DNA of 64,000 bases from Tubulanus polymorphus. Its lineage: Eukaryota > Animalia > Nemertea. Below the pieces are notes generated by a model. It saw only the letters and a list, made by a program, of their open reading frames with translations. It did no database searches and was not told where the DNA came from. Below, piece after piece: positions 50,767-64,000 of this stretch. The stretch covers positions 1-64,000 of the forward strand of contig NW_027437470.1 in assembly GCF_964204645.1 (NCBI RefSeq), in the 5' to 3' direction. Both the position numbers and the translations under genes were made by a program. Position 1 is the stretch's first letter. Every line of letters starts with the position of its first letter.

Positions 50767-52034
50767 TTTTAGCCCACTTGGGACTTTAGTCCCAGCGGGC
50801 TATTGCGTTCACTTTTCGTTCGTATGTCCGTCTGTCCGAAGACGGAATCCAGTTATTTTGGGAAGTTTTGAAGAGACTTCAAGGTTATGTCTTGATATTT
50901 GGGGTACACATGTATCTACCCTAGACACATCTTCAGCCCAAAAACTGGCCCTGTCAGATTCAAGATGGCCGACTGGCAGCCATTGTTGTTCGCCAAAATC
51001 AGCACATTTTACACATTTTTGAACTTTTTTAGGGAAATTTTGAAGACGCTTTGATCAATTACCTTGATCTTTCGGATATATGTGAATTCCCCCAGGGCCC
51101 ATCAGCATAACAAAAATTGGGTCGATCAGACTCAAGATGGCCGTCCTATGACCTTTTTAGTGCCCAAAAATGTTAATTTTGGCCGAAATTCTGAGTCCTG
51201 TAGCTTCCTACTGGTTCATCATTTCTCATTGCAATTTGTGATGGGTATTCTTTGGACAGGGATGTTTTATACCTGAGACAGGTATTTTTCATCAGCCAAT
51301 TATGACGCAATTGGCGGCCATCTTGGTGTCAGCAGTACTCATTCGTAAGTGGGAAAAAGTTTTTCCACATTATATTGATACCTATTAAAGCGTATTTTGT
51401 TACCACAATCATTTAGAAAGTTGTAGCTCATAACGTGTTCTATGATTGTGGTGAGTTTCAAGGTCATTGGTTTTTGTATATGGCCACCAGGGGGCGTTGA
51501 ATAATGCAATATCTTAGTATTTCTATATTATATTCGTATCAATGCATATTTTGTAACCACAATCAATTGCAAAGTTGTAGCTCATGACATCATCTATGAT
51601 TTTGGCAAGTTTTAAGGTCATTAGTTATTCTATATGGTCACCAGGGGGCGCTGAATAGTAAAATAACTTAGTATTTCCTTATTATATTGGTACCTAGGCA
51701 TATTTTGTTACCATGATCAATTACAAAGTTATAGTTCGTGACATTTTCTATGATTGTGGTGAGTTTCAAGGTCATTGGGTTTTGAATATGGTCACCAGGG
51801 GGCGTTGAATAGTAGAATAACTTAGTATTTCCATATTAAGTGGTAACGAGGCATATTTTGTTATCACAATCAATTACAAAATCGTAGCTGCTGACATGTT
51901 CTATGATTGTGGTGGGTTTCAAGGTCATTGCATTCTGTATATGGTCACCAGGGGTCGTTGAATATTGAAATTGTTAGATTGTTGAGCATTTGGAACCACT
52001 TCCCAAGTGGGCATGGTGTCCGTGGACCCCTAGT
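50767..52034 (+). mobile_element. Helentron-associated (HINE/DINE-1-like) element, complete
   Basis: T-run start, subterminal inverted repeat GCCCACTTGGGA (50772) / TCCCAAGTGGGC (52001), GTCC microsatellite, internal 154-bp tandem repeats, 3' hairpin and CTAGT end. Confidence 0.8.
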
Positions 52035-52900
52035 CTGACTAGAACCGTGTATCATGGGTTGAAGTTTAACAGTGATGATCACAAAATCGTTTCGACGATT
52101 TCTCCCAACAATCGGCCGCTTTGTGACCAATTTTACACCTGAAACATCATACAGGACTTTGTACGGACCTTTTATATGATCCTATTTTCATTACGTTATC
52201 ATCATTTTCCGGTGAACTGTGACAACGTTCGTTTTCCTCGTAGTTACGTAACCCTACTTTAAATTCACTGAATTTAATCATCGTTTCTTTCTGCGTGATA
52301 ACGGTCGCAATGAGCAGACCGTCACTTACATTTTCATCAGCCGCTTTCAACTGCGCTGATGCGGTTTCTGCCCTTAACATATAATCGGTAATTGTCTCAT
52401 CATGAAATTTTTGGAGCGAAGTAAGTTCTTGATACAAAGAAATGATTTTTATCTTACCTTTCGACAGGTAGTGTCCTCTCAAAATTACAAACGCTACTTT
52501 TCCCTTATCGGCGGCGTCGCGCATCACCAGGGACAATGATCTGTCGTCCAAACACTCGACCAATTCGGCATCGTTTCATTCACTGCCGCTAGCGAGTCCG
52601 GTGAGATCGTGTCAAATAATTTTACAATCCTCATATATCCCAAGAATTTCGTTTGCCAAAGTTCAAACTTTCGTCACCGTCGAATATTGGCCCGCGTGCC
52701 CTGGGCCCATAACCTGTAGACATGTTTGGTAGAATACACCAATATCAATCACCAATCAGACGATGGAAGAAAACAACACTACCACTTTGAATATCTTTCA
52801 CCGACTAAAACTTTATTACACACTATGTTAACAGGGTCATGATAAGTGTCATGTTGAGTTACACGGTTAACAAATTCCAGGATTGAAAACAATCTAATAT
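52035..52900 (-). mobile_element. Ty1/copia remnant: 5' LTR, PBS and decayed gag
   Basis: On the minus strand an LTR ending in CA (52715) is followed by GGTTATGGGCCCAG (copia-type half-tRNA-iMet PBS), gag LDDRSLSLVMRDA...LYQELTSL and the knuckle CFRCKIGHKAADC. The outer LTR boundary is uncertain. Confidence 0.8.
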
Positions 52901-53687
52901 TACGCTCGGTGTTTTAGCCATACATTGGAAGAGGTTTCGTTCCCAAGACTCAATATTCAGCCACCCTTTGACATGTGACATCATATGAATTTTATTTGAA
53001 TATTTTTTCATATTGTGAAAAATATTTTTTTGAAAATAGTAGTTTCCCTGCCGCGCCTACCTGTACCCTACGAATTTTTGGACGTAAGTCATAAACAAAT
53101 GTTTATCTTTGGTCTTATTTGACTACAAAATAATTCTTTAAGAAAGATAAAATACAATATAAACTTCTAGAACTTTGAAGTCTCGAATTAAAAAGATTTT
53201 TCAAGCAATGCCCTTACTGCAAACAACCTCTAGCTTTTAAGGTAAACCACACTTTGCCTATGGGCAATTTATTTCATGTAGTGTGATCTTTGGGGCGGCT
53301 TATCTTTTCATGTAAGGATATATTAACAGAAAATGAACATTATCGCCACATAGCCTATACCTCTTAACTATTTTAAAACTTGTTACATCGTTACAATGCT
53401 AATCATTCTGTAAAACGTTGAATGCTGAATCATTCATCTTCTACTGCGTCATGAAGGTACAGGGCCTCATTTTTCAATGGCAATGCCCTCGCCAAACTAG
53501 CTCCACTTTGAAGGTAAACCACTTTGCCCATGGGTGATTTATTTCAACCGTGTTTTGGCCCTTGTCATCCCCAATGTTGGTAGGCCTATAAGCCCATCAG
53601 ATCATAAAAGCTTACCTCTAATGATAAGGTGACTAACTAGCCTGAACCTTCCTGCCTTATAGGTAAAATTTATGGCTTTGATTTCAG

Positions 53688-56600
53688 AAAACTAAGAAGA
53701 AAGCTGAAGCTGTGAAAGTGGAAACAAGTAGTAGTAGTGAAGATTCCAGCTCCAGTGATGAAGGTTTGATATCAGAGTTTCAGCCTCAATACAATTTTCT
53801 CACTCAATAGTTTCTTTATCATTTAGAAGGGAAGCAGTTTATTTTGTTGGTATTTGCAGAAATGGACATAACTCCGGCACCACCTGCTGCTAAACCATCA
53901 CAGCAGAATGATTCTGATAGTGACGAATCTTCATCAAGTGAAGAGGGTATGTCGAACTGAAACAAATTAGTTGTATTAAGATAGGCCTATGCAGTCGACT
54001 ATGCTTCTTATCGGCTGGGATTGGTATTCAAGTGAATCAATTTAGTCAAACCTGCTTAATCCATAATTTCATTTTGCAAAAAATATTTTTGATATTGTGA
54101 AAGATATATTTTTTATATCTACCTACCGTATTTTCCGGTGTACAAGTCGACCCGGTGTATAAGTCGAGGTCAAATTTTCAGTTTAAAAAGTTGTGCTAGG
54201 GCTATAGTCGGTGTATAAGTCGAGTCGCTTCTTCATGTGTTTACATATGTCACATTGAAAACAGTGCCGATGTCATTCTCATAGTAGTCGAGAGTCTTTA
54301 CCACTGTTTGCATTATTAGGGTTTTCTGTTACATCACAGAAAACCCTATTGAGATTCGCGTGTTTCTTATTATTATTATTATTATTTTTTTCCAAACTTT
54401 TTGTCAAAATTACAAAGGCTTTTTTACATTACCGCTGTTGCCGATACAATCCGTCTGATATCATTCAGCTCACTTCAATCTACAAATACTCCGTGCGAAT
54501 TTTGAAGAATCAACGTTACAAAAGCACTGTCGGGCCGTAAACATCGAAAATTGAGCCCCATTCAAAGAGCCGACATGTTTTTCTAAGTCGTCTTTCCAAA
54601 ATCTATCGCACGTTTCTTGTCACGTCGATTATCAATTCAAGCATAAATTAACAAATTTATTACCCAAAGATTACACATTCTGTCACGGTTTTTAAAAACT
54701 AATTTTAACAATAGCCCAATTTCCTCATCAAATCATATTACCGATACACAGGAAATTTACTACTTTAGATTTTAAAAGCACTGTCGAGCCGTAAACATCG
54801 ACAAATCGACGTGTGTCACTACATCGTCGTTCCGGGAATCAGCTGCAAGTTTCTCCTCATCATGAGAATCAAATCGAGTGCAAATTAATTTATAACTACC
54901 AGTGATTTGGCTGCGGGCGTCAAGCAGTTAGTTTAGCAATACGTATTTTTCTTTACCAAATTAACCGTGTATTTACTAAGATAAATCATAAGTGTACCGG
55001 GGTGTCGTAGGCCTAAACTAAACATGGCGAAGAGATATAGTGGAGAAAAGCTGTTATGTCGACGAGGTATCAAAATAAAAAAATATATTACTTTTTTCGG
55101 CCGCGGGCATCAACTTCTATATCAATACCATCAATACTCTATATTTCCTACGGTACATACCGATCATTGTCAAATCTACAAGGTATTTACTAAATACAAG
55201 TATATAACACACTCCTATCCGTATGCTGGACTCACACTTGACATTCGGAGTAAGCGTTCGCTGTGGGGGAAAGGAGACCGTTCGCTGTGTCGCTTGAAGT
55301 GTTTATCGAGTTTTACGCGACCTTAAGGCTTTAGTATGGTGGCTGATGAGATAAAAAAACACGAATATGCAAATGAGGGCGACATTACGACAAAATGACA
55401 AAACTAAAATAACGCGAGAAACCAATGATTTTGATTTTGTCGCCCGCGACAATTCATTATTTTGGTTTTATCGCCCGCGACAATTCATTATTTTGGTTTT
55501 ATTGCTTGCAACAATTCATTAGTTTGGTTTTGTCGCCCGCGACAATTCAATATTTTGGTTTTGTCGCCTGCAACAATTCAATATTTTGGTTTTATCGCCT
55601 GCGACAGTTCAATATTTTGGTTTTATCGCCCGCGATTATTCATTATTTTGGTTTTGTCGCCTGAGACAATTCATTATTTTGGTTTTATCGCCCGCGACAA
55701 TTCATTATTACAGTTTTATCGCCCGCGACAATTCATTATTTGACGCCTTATAAAACGTTACCATTATGAAACCTAAACAATGTTAACCATTCAGCGTCAT
55801 TTTACAAACGACAGCCGTAAATCGATGTGCAAAACGTCACGGGTCTATGTGTACGCAAACAAGCTATCTGGCAAAATATTATTGACATAGATGTAGAATG
55901 GCTTCCTGTGATTATATAATGACCTATATTTGAACGTCGAAATGTTATATTGCATTGAATATCATTAGAAGACGTATTGTAATAGTAAAGGATGTATGAT
56001 TATATCAGAAGCGGCAGGCATAAATAGAAATGATAAGTAAATCGGATTATTCGGTTAAATGGCAGATGTATACACGATGCGGAAGTCTGATATAAAAGTC
56101 AGACCCTGACGTGGGCATGCCGGTGGAATGACAAAGCTATCTACGATGTGTGCAGGGCCGGCGTGAATTTCATCAGCGGCTACAAGCGGTTGATATGAAA
56201 ATGTGTAAACATATAATTTCAATATTCAAAAGTTTTAGAAAATATGTTTGATATTAGGAATATGCAGGTTTCGTGAGATTAGCAATTTATAATAGCATGG
56301 CTGTCATATACGGCTCCGCGTCCTCTGATGGCATGTGTATTAAGTGACAATTCAATTCTTTATTGATCCTTATTACATTGAAAATCCGGGATAAAATTCC
56401 CTAATTCAATAAATACAAATTTTAAAATAAATTAATACAACATACATGACACACGGGTAATTCATACAGAACAACATAAGCATGTTATTTTAAATGACAA
56501 TGTCTACTTCAACCCACCCAGACTCAAGACTCTAGCATATCGAGTGACAGCCAAACCCGTGGCCCGGGCCGGCTGGCTAGGCCACACGATATGCTCGAAG

Positions 56601-59600
56601 TCATGATGAAGCAGACATCAGAAGAGCTCTTTCTTCAACCATGGAGGCAATGAAGTTGCAGACCAGCTTAGAGGCATAAGTAAATGAAGTCGGTCGCAAG
56701 TTCGCGATCAATTATTGAGAATTTTCAATAAAAAAATTTAAACCACTACTAGAGTCGAAGACCTGTATCATCTACCCAATCGCCAAATCTCATCATTCCC
56801 CAAATTTCTTGAAACTTCGATTTCAAATTTGCAATTCCACATTAGCTTAGCCCAGAAATTCTACATTTTTTTTGCAGGCGTCAAATAATTTTCTAAAATT
56901 AATTTTCTTGTTTTGGTTTTGTTGCCCGCGACAAATCACCATTTTGGTTTTGTCGCCCGCGACAATTCATTATTCTGGTTTTATCGCCTGCGACAATTCA
57001 TTATTTTGGTTTTGTCGCCCCGACAATTCTTTTTTTGGTTTTGTCGCCCGCGACAATTCATTAGTTTGGTTTTGTCGCCCGCGACAATTCATTATTTTGG
57101 TTTTATCGCCCGCGACAATTCACCATTTTGGTTTTGTCGCCTGGACAATTCACCATTTTGGTTTTGTCGCCCGCGACAATTCATTATTTTGGTTTTGTCA
57201 CCCCGACAATTCTTTTTTTGGTTTTGTCGCCCGCGACAATTCATTATTTTGGTTTTATCGCTCGCGACAATTCAATATTTTGGTTTTATCGCTCGCGACA
57301 ATTCAATATTTTGGTTTTATCGCCCGCGACAATTCATTATTTTGGTTTTGTCGCCCGAGACAATTCATTATTTTGGTTTTATCGCCAGCGACAATTCATT
57401 ATTTTGGTTTTGTCGCACGTGACAATTCAATATTTTGTTTTTGTCGCCCGAGACAATTCATTATTTTGGTTTTATCGCCCGCGACAATTCAATATTTTTG
57501 TTTTATCGCCCGTGACAATTCATTAGTTTAGTTTTATCGCCCGCGACAATTCATTAGTTTGGTTTAGTCGCCCGCGACAATTCAATATTTTGGTTTTATC
57601 ACCCGCGACAATTCATTAGTTTGGTTTTGTCGCCCGCGACAATTCTTTTTCAGTCCACTTGGGACTTTAGTCCCAGCGGGCTATTACGTTCACTTTTCGT
57701 CTGTCCGTCCATAGACGGAATCCAGTTATTTTGGGAAGTTTTGAAGACGCTTCAAGGTAATGTCTTGATATTTGGTTTATACATGTATCTACCCTAGACA
57801 CATCGTCAGCCCAAAAATTGGCCCTGTCAGATTCAAGATGGCTGAATGGCAGCCATTGTCGTTTGCCAAAATCAGCACTTTTTAAACATTTTCGAAGTTT
57901 TCGTGGGAAATTTTGAAGACGCTTTGATCAATTACCTTGATCTTTCGTTTATATTTGAATCTACCGAAGGCCCATCAGCATAAGAAAATTGGGTCGATCT
58001 GACTCAAGATGGCCGTCCTATGACCTTTTTAGTGCCCAAAAATGTCAATTTTGGCCAGAATTCTAGGTCCTGTAGCTTCCTACTGGTTTGCCATTTCTCA
58101 TTGCAATTGCTGATGGGTATTCTTTAGAGAGGGATGTTTTATACCTGGGAAAGGTATTTTTGATCAGCCAATTATGTCGCAATTGGCGGCCATCTTGGTG
58201 TCATCAGTACTCATTCGTAGGTGGGAAAAATTTTTTCCACATTAAATTGATACCTAAGCATATTGTGTTGCTATATTCAATTGGAAAGTTGTAGCCCATA
58301 ACGTGTTCTATGATTTTGGTGAGTTTCAAGGTCATTGGTTTTTGTATGTGGCCATCAGGGGGCGTTGAATAATACAATAACTTAGTATTGCTATATTATA
58401 TTTGTACCAAGGCATATTTTGTTACCATGATCAATTGCAAAGTTGTAGTTCATGACATCGTCTATGATTGTGGTGAGTTTTTAAGGACATTAGTTATTCC
58501 ATATAGTCACCAGGGGGCGTTGAATAGTAGAAAAGCTTAGTTATTCCTTATTAGATTGGTACCTAGGCATAGTTTGTTACCATGATCCATTGCAAAGTTG
58601 TAGTTCATGACATCGTCTATGATTGTGGTGAGTTTTTAAGGACATTAGTTATTCCATATAGTCACCAGGGGGCGTTGAATAGTAGAATGGCTTAGTATTT
58701 CCTTATTAGATTGGAACCTAGGCATATTTTGTTACTCCTGTTATGTTTTTGATCAATTGCAAATTGTATTTCATGACATGTACTACGATTGTGGTGAGTT
58801 TTAAGGTCATTGGGTTTATGATAAGCTCGATAAACGTAAATCAATCAATCAATCAAAAATTTAAAAAAAACAATTTTTAGTTTAATTTTAACATATTCAT
58901 GTACACCTGAAGGTGAACTGAAATCAGTTCAAATGCAAACTAAGCTGTAACTAATTAGGGTTTTCTGACTTTCGTCGAAAACCCTCTTGAAATTCTGTTG
59001 ATTATTATTATTATTATATATTTTCCGCCGATTTCGTCAAATAAAATTCATCTTCATTCAGATTCGGCAACTGACAGCTTCGAAACGAAATGTATAAATT
59101 GATACTGTAATAACGTTCTCTCTGAACCAACAGATTGTCTGGATGTACTTTCCATCCTATTTGAAACTTAAAATTACTTATTAGGTTACTGTAAATAAAG
59201 AATTGAATTGAATTGTTAGACAACAAGCAACGGCGAAATAACAGTTTGTGACGTCATTTAGTAAGTAAATAAAGGAGGGCTCCGAGAATTTCCAAATCAC
59301 GGGGGACTATACTGGGGTTAGACCATTCACCCAAAAAGAGGATTGCTCCGATAATATCCAAATCATCTCATTTTATTTTTTCCATCGAATACCCGGTAAT
59401 TAATTTTTCCTTTCGATCACATGCATCCAGAAAACCCGTTATCGCTGCTTTGCAGCTTTATTTTTCATTGTTTTCCTGATAAAATTAAAATAGTTTTATT
59501 TTCTTTGATCTTTTTGACTTAAATATTCATTCCTAAAGGTGAGCTGAAATCACTCAATGCAAACTAAGTTATAACTAATTTTCATTGTTTTCCCGATCAA

Positions 59601-62600
59601 AGGATGATAGAAGCAGCAAATTGTCTTACTTTGATCTTTCAACAGTGTTAAGCTGAAATTAGCATGAACACATTAGACATAATGATAATTAATGAGTACT
59701 TATTATTCATTATTCCCAGTAGATCAAAAGGGCCATGCAAATATCAACAAACTGATTATTTACGTTTGAAGATTTTATAACTTTTGATATATTCTTTGAG
59801 AATAAAATTCTTGAACAGGAATATTTTACTATACATTATGATTATATATTCCTAAAACCTGAATGTGGTATTTTGTCCGGAATAATGTGGGATATTGGTT
59901 TATGGTATTTTGGGTATGGGAATATGGGATGTGGGATTTTGGTCTGTGGGATTATGTCCGAACAGGATTGGCACGCTGCCACAGCATCGCGGCTTATATA
60001 AACACTGTACGATGAATATACGCGGGTTTTCTTTCTCTTTTGATTTTTAACATTAGTTAATTTTGAAACATTTCCAAACTATAAGAAACTATTTTTATCA
60101 ACATCCTAAATTCTAATTGGTATATGAGTGTAGCCTTACATAAATTAATATTCCATTTCATCATGGCGACCTTGAACTCTAAACATCGTCAGTTTAAAAC
60201 GATATCGAAAGTGTAGCCGGTGTATAAGTTGACCTACGTTTTTTGGACATGATTTTTGGTCTCAAAAACTCGACTTATACACTGGAAAATACAGTACTCT
60301 GATTTTGGACATGGACCATAGACTAAAGTGTATTTTTGGCCTTATCTGACTATGAAATAATTCTTTGAAAAAGGTAGAACAAAAATAGAACTTTTAAGTT
60401 TGAAACGATTACTCGATGCTCTTTGCAAACAAGCTCTAGTTTTCTAGGTAAATGACGTTGCAAGCCCATTTTAAGAAATATAGTTCTCATTTCAGAGGGT
60501 TCTAATGTCAAAAAACCAGTAGAATCTAGTAGCAGTGATGAAAGTAGTTCTGAAGGTTAGACACTATCCTTAAGCTTTCAAATTTGAATTTTTAGTGATT
60601 CTTTTAATCAGATCAGTCTAATTTCGGTTTTCTTATATTGCTACACTGCTCTCTTCTTACACTCAAAAAGTGCTTCACATTACATTGATTTAACATTGTT
60701 TAGCTTTATGAAAAGTGGAACAACTTCAATAAATGAAATTGAACACAATACAAACTTGCCGTTTACAGAGGAAAGTGACTCAAAAGAAGAGAAGAAAGTT
60801 CCTAATGGTAATTCAGCAGTGGATGATGAATCGGATTCAGATTCTGATGATTCGGAATCAGAAGGTAAGCAACATCAAAGATACATTTTTTAGGCCAGCC
60901 GTAGGATGGATGACCTTGATATGTTGATTAGCCATGTGCTCAAACTGCATATTCGATCAAATTCTTTTCTGCAAAAAATCTCAAATCCATTTCAATTTTA
61001 CTTATTGAACAAATAAAACATCAAATCCAATTCAATTTTGTTTTATTGAACAAATTACAGCATATTCAATTCTATTCTGCATTCAAATCAATAAGACCAA
61101 GGGAAAAGATTTATTTGAGGTATTTGCTCTTGCTGGCTCCCTGTCAGTGCTATTTATGAAACCACGATTGTATTGTGTAAATTATAGGTATTGACTGAGC
61201 TGGGAGTGTATTTGACAAATATAACCCACAGAATGCATCATTTCCATTTTATGAAAAGCTGCAGGCTGGCCATAGTGCCCCTCCGGGCTCTTATTATGGA
61301 TTCGTTGGAGTCCATTTTGCCACCACCTTTCTGCTTACCTGCTTGTTACCAGCTTTCCCCTTGTAATTAAGTTCAAAAACATAAATGCAGTTACAAAATC
61401 TTGGTCCCTTTCATTTTTATGGACTTTCGCTTTGGCAAAGTCCATTTTGTTATCGCATATGAAGTTTTTTCCTTTGGAACAAAACTTTTAAAACATGCAA
61501 TGCAGTAATACAAGCTCTAACCCTATCGAATTCATCAGAATCCATTGCTTATTTATCAATTTAGTTATTTATTGTGGACTTTTGCTTTAGCGAAGTCCAT
61601 TTTGTTATCGCATATGCAACTTTCTTGCTTTGGAACAAAATAACTTCAAAACGAGGCTTAGTTTCTCCCGAACTTTCAAAACATTCAATGCATTTATAAA
61701 ATCTCTTACCCTTTTGAATTTCATCGGAATCAGTTGCTTATTTATTGATTTAGTTATTGTTGTTGGAACTACATTTCGTTTCGGAATATACACACGTATA
61801 TTCATGCTTCAAACACTTGCGCGCCACACAGACTTGCTGCTTTGTGTTTAGTATTGACCTGTGCATGTATGTGAAAAGCGCAATGACCTCGATTGGGGGC
61901 AGGATCTTAGCCAGCACCCGTCCTACCCGTCATTTACGACTGGGAGAAAATGAAAAACTGAAATTGACGGGACGGGGAAATTTTGGTTAAGACGGGTCGG
62001 AATATGAAGATTTTCTCAAAAATGACAGGCTGTATAAACATAGCAGGCATTTTGTGTATTATGTGTATCCATCTGACCCTTTACAATAAATAAGTGATAA
62101 CCCCTTGTGGAGTACGTATGTTAAAAATGAAAAACCTCTGATGAAACCCAGGCTCTCACCAAGTTTGTACAGTATCTTATCGGGTCACTCATAGTTTTAG
62201 TTGTTTTGATTTATGTCATTCAAGGGATGTATTAGAATTATGAACATTAGTTCAGACAAAAGGCCCATAATCAATTTTTCGAAGATTTCATTCTCGTTAA
62301 AAGTAATTTATCATTCAAAGTTCACACTGACCAAAATTCAGTCCTTTTTTATATATTATATCTTGTTTCATTTTCAATGAAATGAATTTTTGCATACCAG
62401 TAGCCTACGTGACAGATTTTTAACTTCACACCAGTTTGGCGAGCCACTGTTCCATTGGACCATTGTTCTTGCCACTAAAGGGAGTTAAATATTAAATAAA
62501 ATACAATTTATTTTTGCAAAGTTCTGTAGCTCATGACATGTTTTATGATTGTGAAGTTAAAATTGAAATACTGATTACTTCATAGATTTTTTATGCATTT

Positions 62601-62896
62601 TAAGATGAAAGTGATTCGGATAAAGAAAGTAAAAAGCGCAAAATAAAAACAAAAGATGTAAAGCCAACAAAAAAACAAAAAGTAGAGGAGCCAGGTATGT
62701 TGGAGTTTCTGATCTAGATCTCATATTCATTTTTTCTCAGTAATTCGGTCTAGATATAAAGTATATTCATCTTTGTCACGTATAGAGGAAAGTGACTCGG
62801 AAGAGGAAGAGGAAGACAAAAAAGAAAAAGTTGCTAATGGCAATTCGACTGCAAAAGGGGAACCTGATTCAGAATCAGATGGCTCAGAATCTGATG
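53688..62896 (+). CDS. Host gene, partial: Ser/Asp/Glu- and Lys-rich exons of a nucleolin/Nopp140-like nucleolar protein
   Basis: AG/GT-bounded exons 53688-53763, 53860-53946, 60496-60555, 60769-60864, 62605-62694 and 62786-62896 join in phase 1 without stops (KTKKKAEAVKVETSSSSEDSSSSDE...). The first exon and any RRM domains are not seen. Confidence 0.75.
54312..54400 (+). mobile_element. 5' end of a HINE-like element related to 58954-59462
   Basis: ATTAGGGTTTTCTG...CAGAAAACCCTA hairpin followed by (TAT)n. Confidence 0.6.
55430..57650. repeat. ~31-bp minisatellite split by an insertion
   Basis: TTTGGTTTTRTCGCCCGCGACAATTCATTAT units at 55430-55740 and 56900-57650. Confidence 0.92.
55736..56901 (+). 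mobile_element. HINE-like insertion within the minisatellite
   Basis: 14-bp inverted repeat ATTATTTGACGCCT / AGGCGTCAAATAAT, 3' palindrome AAAATTAATTTT and CTTGT end; inserted in a T-run without TSD. Confidence 0.6.
57645..58830 (+). mobile_element. Second, 3'-truncated copy of the 50767-52034 HINE
   Basis: Colinear similarity throughout, including the 154-bp repeats. Confidence 0.88.
58954..59462 (+). mobile_element. HINE-like element, complete
   Basis: GGGTTTTCTG / CAGAAAACCC subterminal inverted repeat, (TAT)n and 3' hairpin GCTGCTTTGCAGC. An empty-site paralog lies at 59536-59600. Confidence 0.8.
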
Positions 62897-64000
62897 GTAA
62901 GTTATAAAGGGATTGACTATTGATGTTGGTATTCAGTTGGATATCAGTGTCATTCTTTCAATGTGGCAGTTTGTTTCTTGGCTCTCTTAATGGCATGTCT
63001 ATGCCAACTGTCTGGCTGATCGATAACAATTTGAATTCCTATGCTTAATAACACACACTGCACAGCTAATGAGTCAATTGAGCGAATTAAAGGTCATTTG
63101 GGCTCTAAATAGAATATAATTTAAAACCTATTTTCTAAATCTGATATGTGTACAAATGATAAGCGTGTTACTAATATGGATTTTAGTAAAGCCATTACTG
63201 AGAAATAAGACTTTAAAGTCGGCTATTTTCACCAGTTTGCCGTATACCGCAGGTGCGCATTTGCTGTGAAAAACCCACGATCACTGACGTCACACATTTC
63301 CATTCACGTTGTACCACTGAAGAATAACAAACTTTTGGTGGGCTGTTTAAAGTTATGGCAAACTTATATATTTGAATTAAACCAATGAATTTAGCTTCAT
63401 TAAATAGATTTTAAAACAATCCGTGGTGAAATATGCAGTGTATGTCTGAAATAATCCAACAGTTTCCAGTCTCTTATCCCACACCGCATGACCACCATTC
63501 GTAGTGTATTTAAGCCTTTTAGAAGTTGTTTAGATTCATAAATTCTTTCTGATGTATGTTGATACTGTTATACATAACACAACAAACATACAATGGATAG
63601 CCAGCAGTAGAACTGTGAATATAGTGAAGGAATGATGTTGTTTTATAGATTTTATATATAGGCTATGAGTCCTGAGTTCACACAAGTGTATGTTTGGCAA
63701 AAATGATGCATGAATATGGCACTGACGCAGCTGAGGTGCATAGGCTCTATAGGTCAATGATCCAGTTATCTAATTTTACTGATTTAAGACATATAAATGA
63801 TTTTTTTTATAAGGCTTATCCCAGGCCGTCATTTATATAAATAAGCATCATTTGGAAAGTAAATCTCAAAAAGTAGGAATTAGAGGGAACTTGAACTCTA
63901 ACCAAACATATAGGCCTAGTTTGTGTTTTGTTTTTCTTTATGGTTCCCTAAGTCGAATGTCATGGGTTTCATATTTTTGGAAAAAAGGGTCAAAATCCAA

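Larger units (their letters stand above)
54126..60294. mobile_element. Tc1/mariner (pogo/Tc2-like) MITE expanded by nested insertions
   Basis: TIR CCGTATTTTCCGGTGTACAAGTCGA / TCGACTTATACACTGGAAAATACAG, with TA on both sides. Confidence 0.8.

Noticed and set aside
55425-57531. Repetitive ORFs in all three frames
   Set aside because: Stop-free minisatellite; no coding evidence.

Overview
Eukaryotic, intron-containing genomic DNA, most likely from an invertebrate, consisting almost entirely of nested mobile elements. (1) 1-~4,990: a Tx1/L1-clade LINE (APE-RT-zinc finger ORF2, one nonsense codon). (2) 6,581-21,866: two Mutator-like elements nested one inside the other, each with a perfect 9-bp TSD. 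The inner one encloses a 5'-truncated but open BEL/Pao gag-pol with its 3' LTR, plus an IS3EU-like TIR element carrying a spliced SAM-domain gene. (3) 22,136-25,661: a long inverted repeat. (4) 26,162-45,295: a complete but decaying 19.1-kb Polinton/Maverick (adintovirus-like) provirus with a 6-bp TSD (TAAACT). It encodes pPolB, penton, major capsid, packaging ATPase, RVE integrase-chromodomain and a giant-virus-type HNH nuclease. Two features stand out: almost every gene starts in a poxvirus-late-promoter-like TAAATG, and each TIR begins with a ~410-bp palindrome that could fold into a self-priming 3' hairpin. (5) 48-64 kb: satellites, Helentron/HINE-like elements with arrays of CTCF-like motifs, a copia remnant, a housekeeping-type promoter and six exons of a Ser/acidic/Lys-rich (nucleolin/Nopp140-like) host gene. 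All calls come from reading the sequence and the ORF track by eye; no searches were run.
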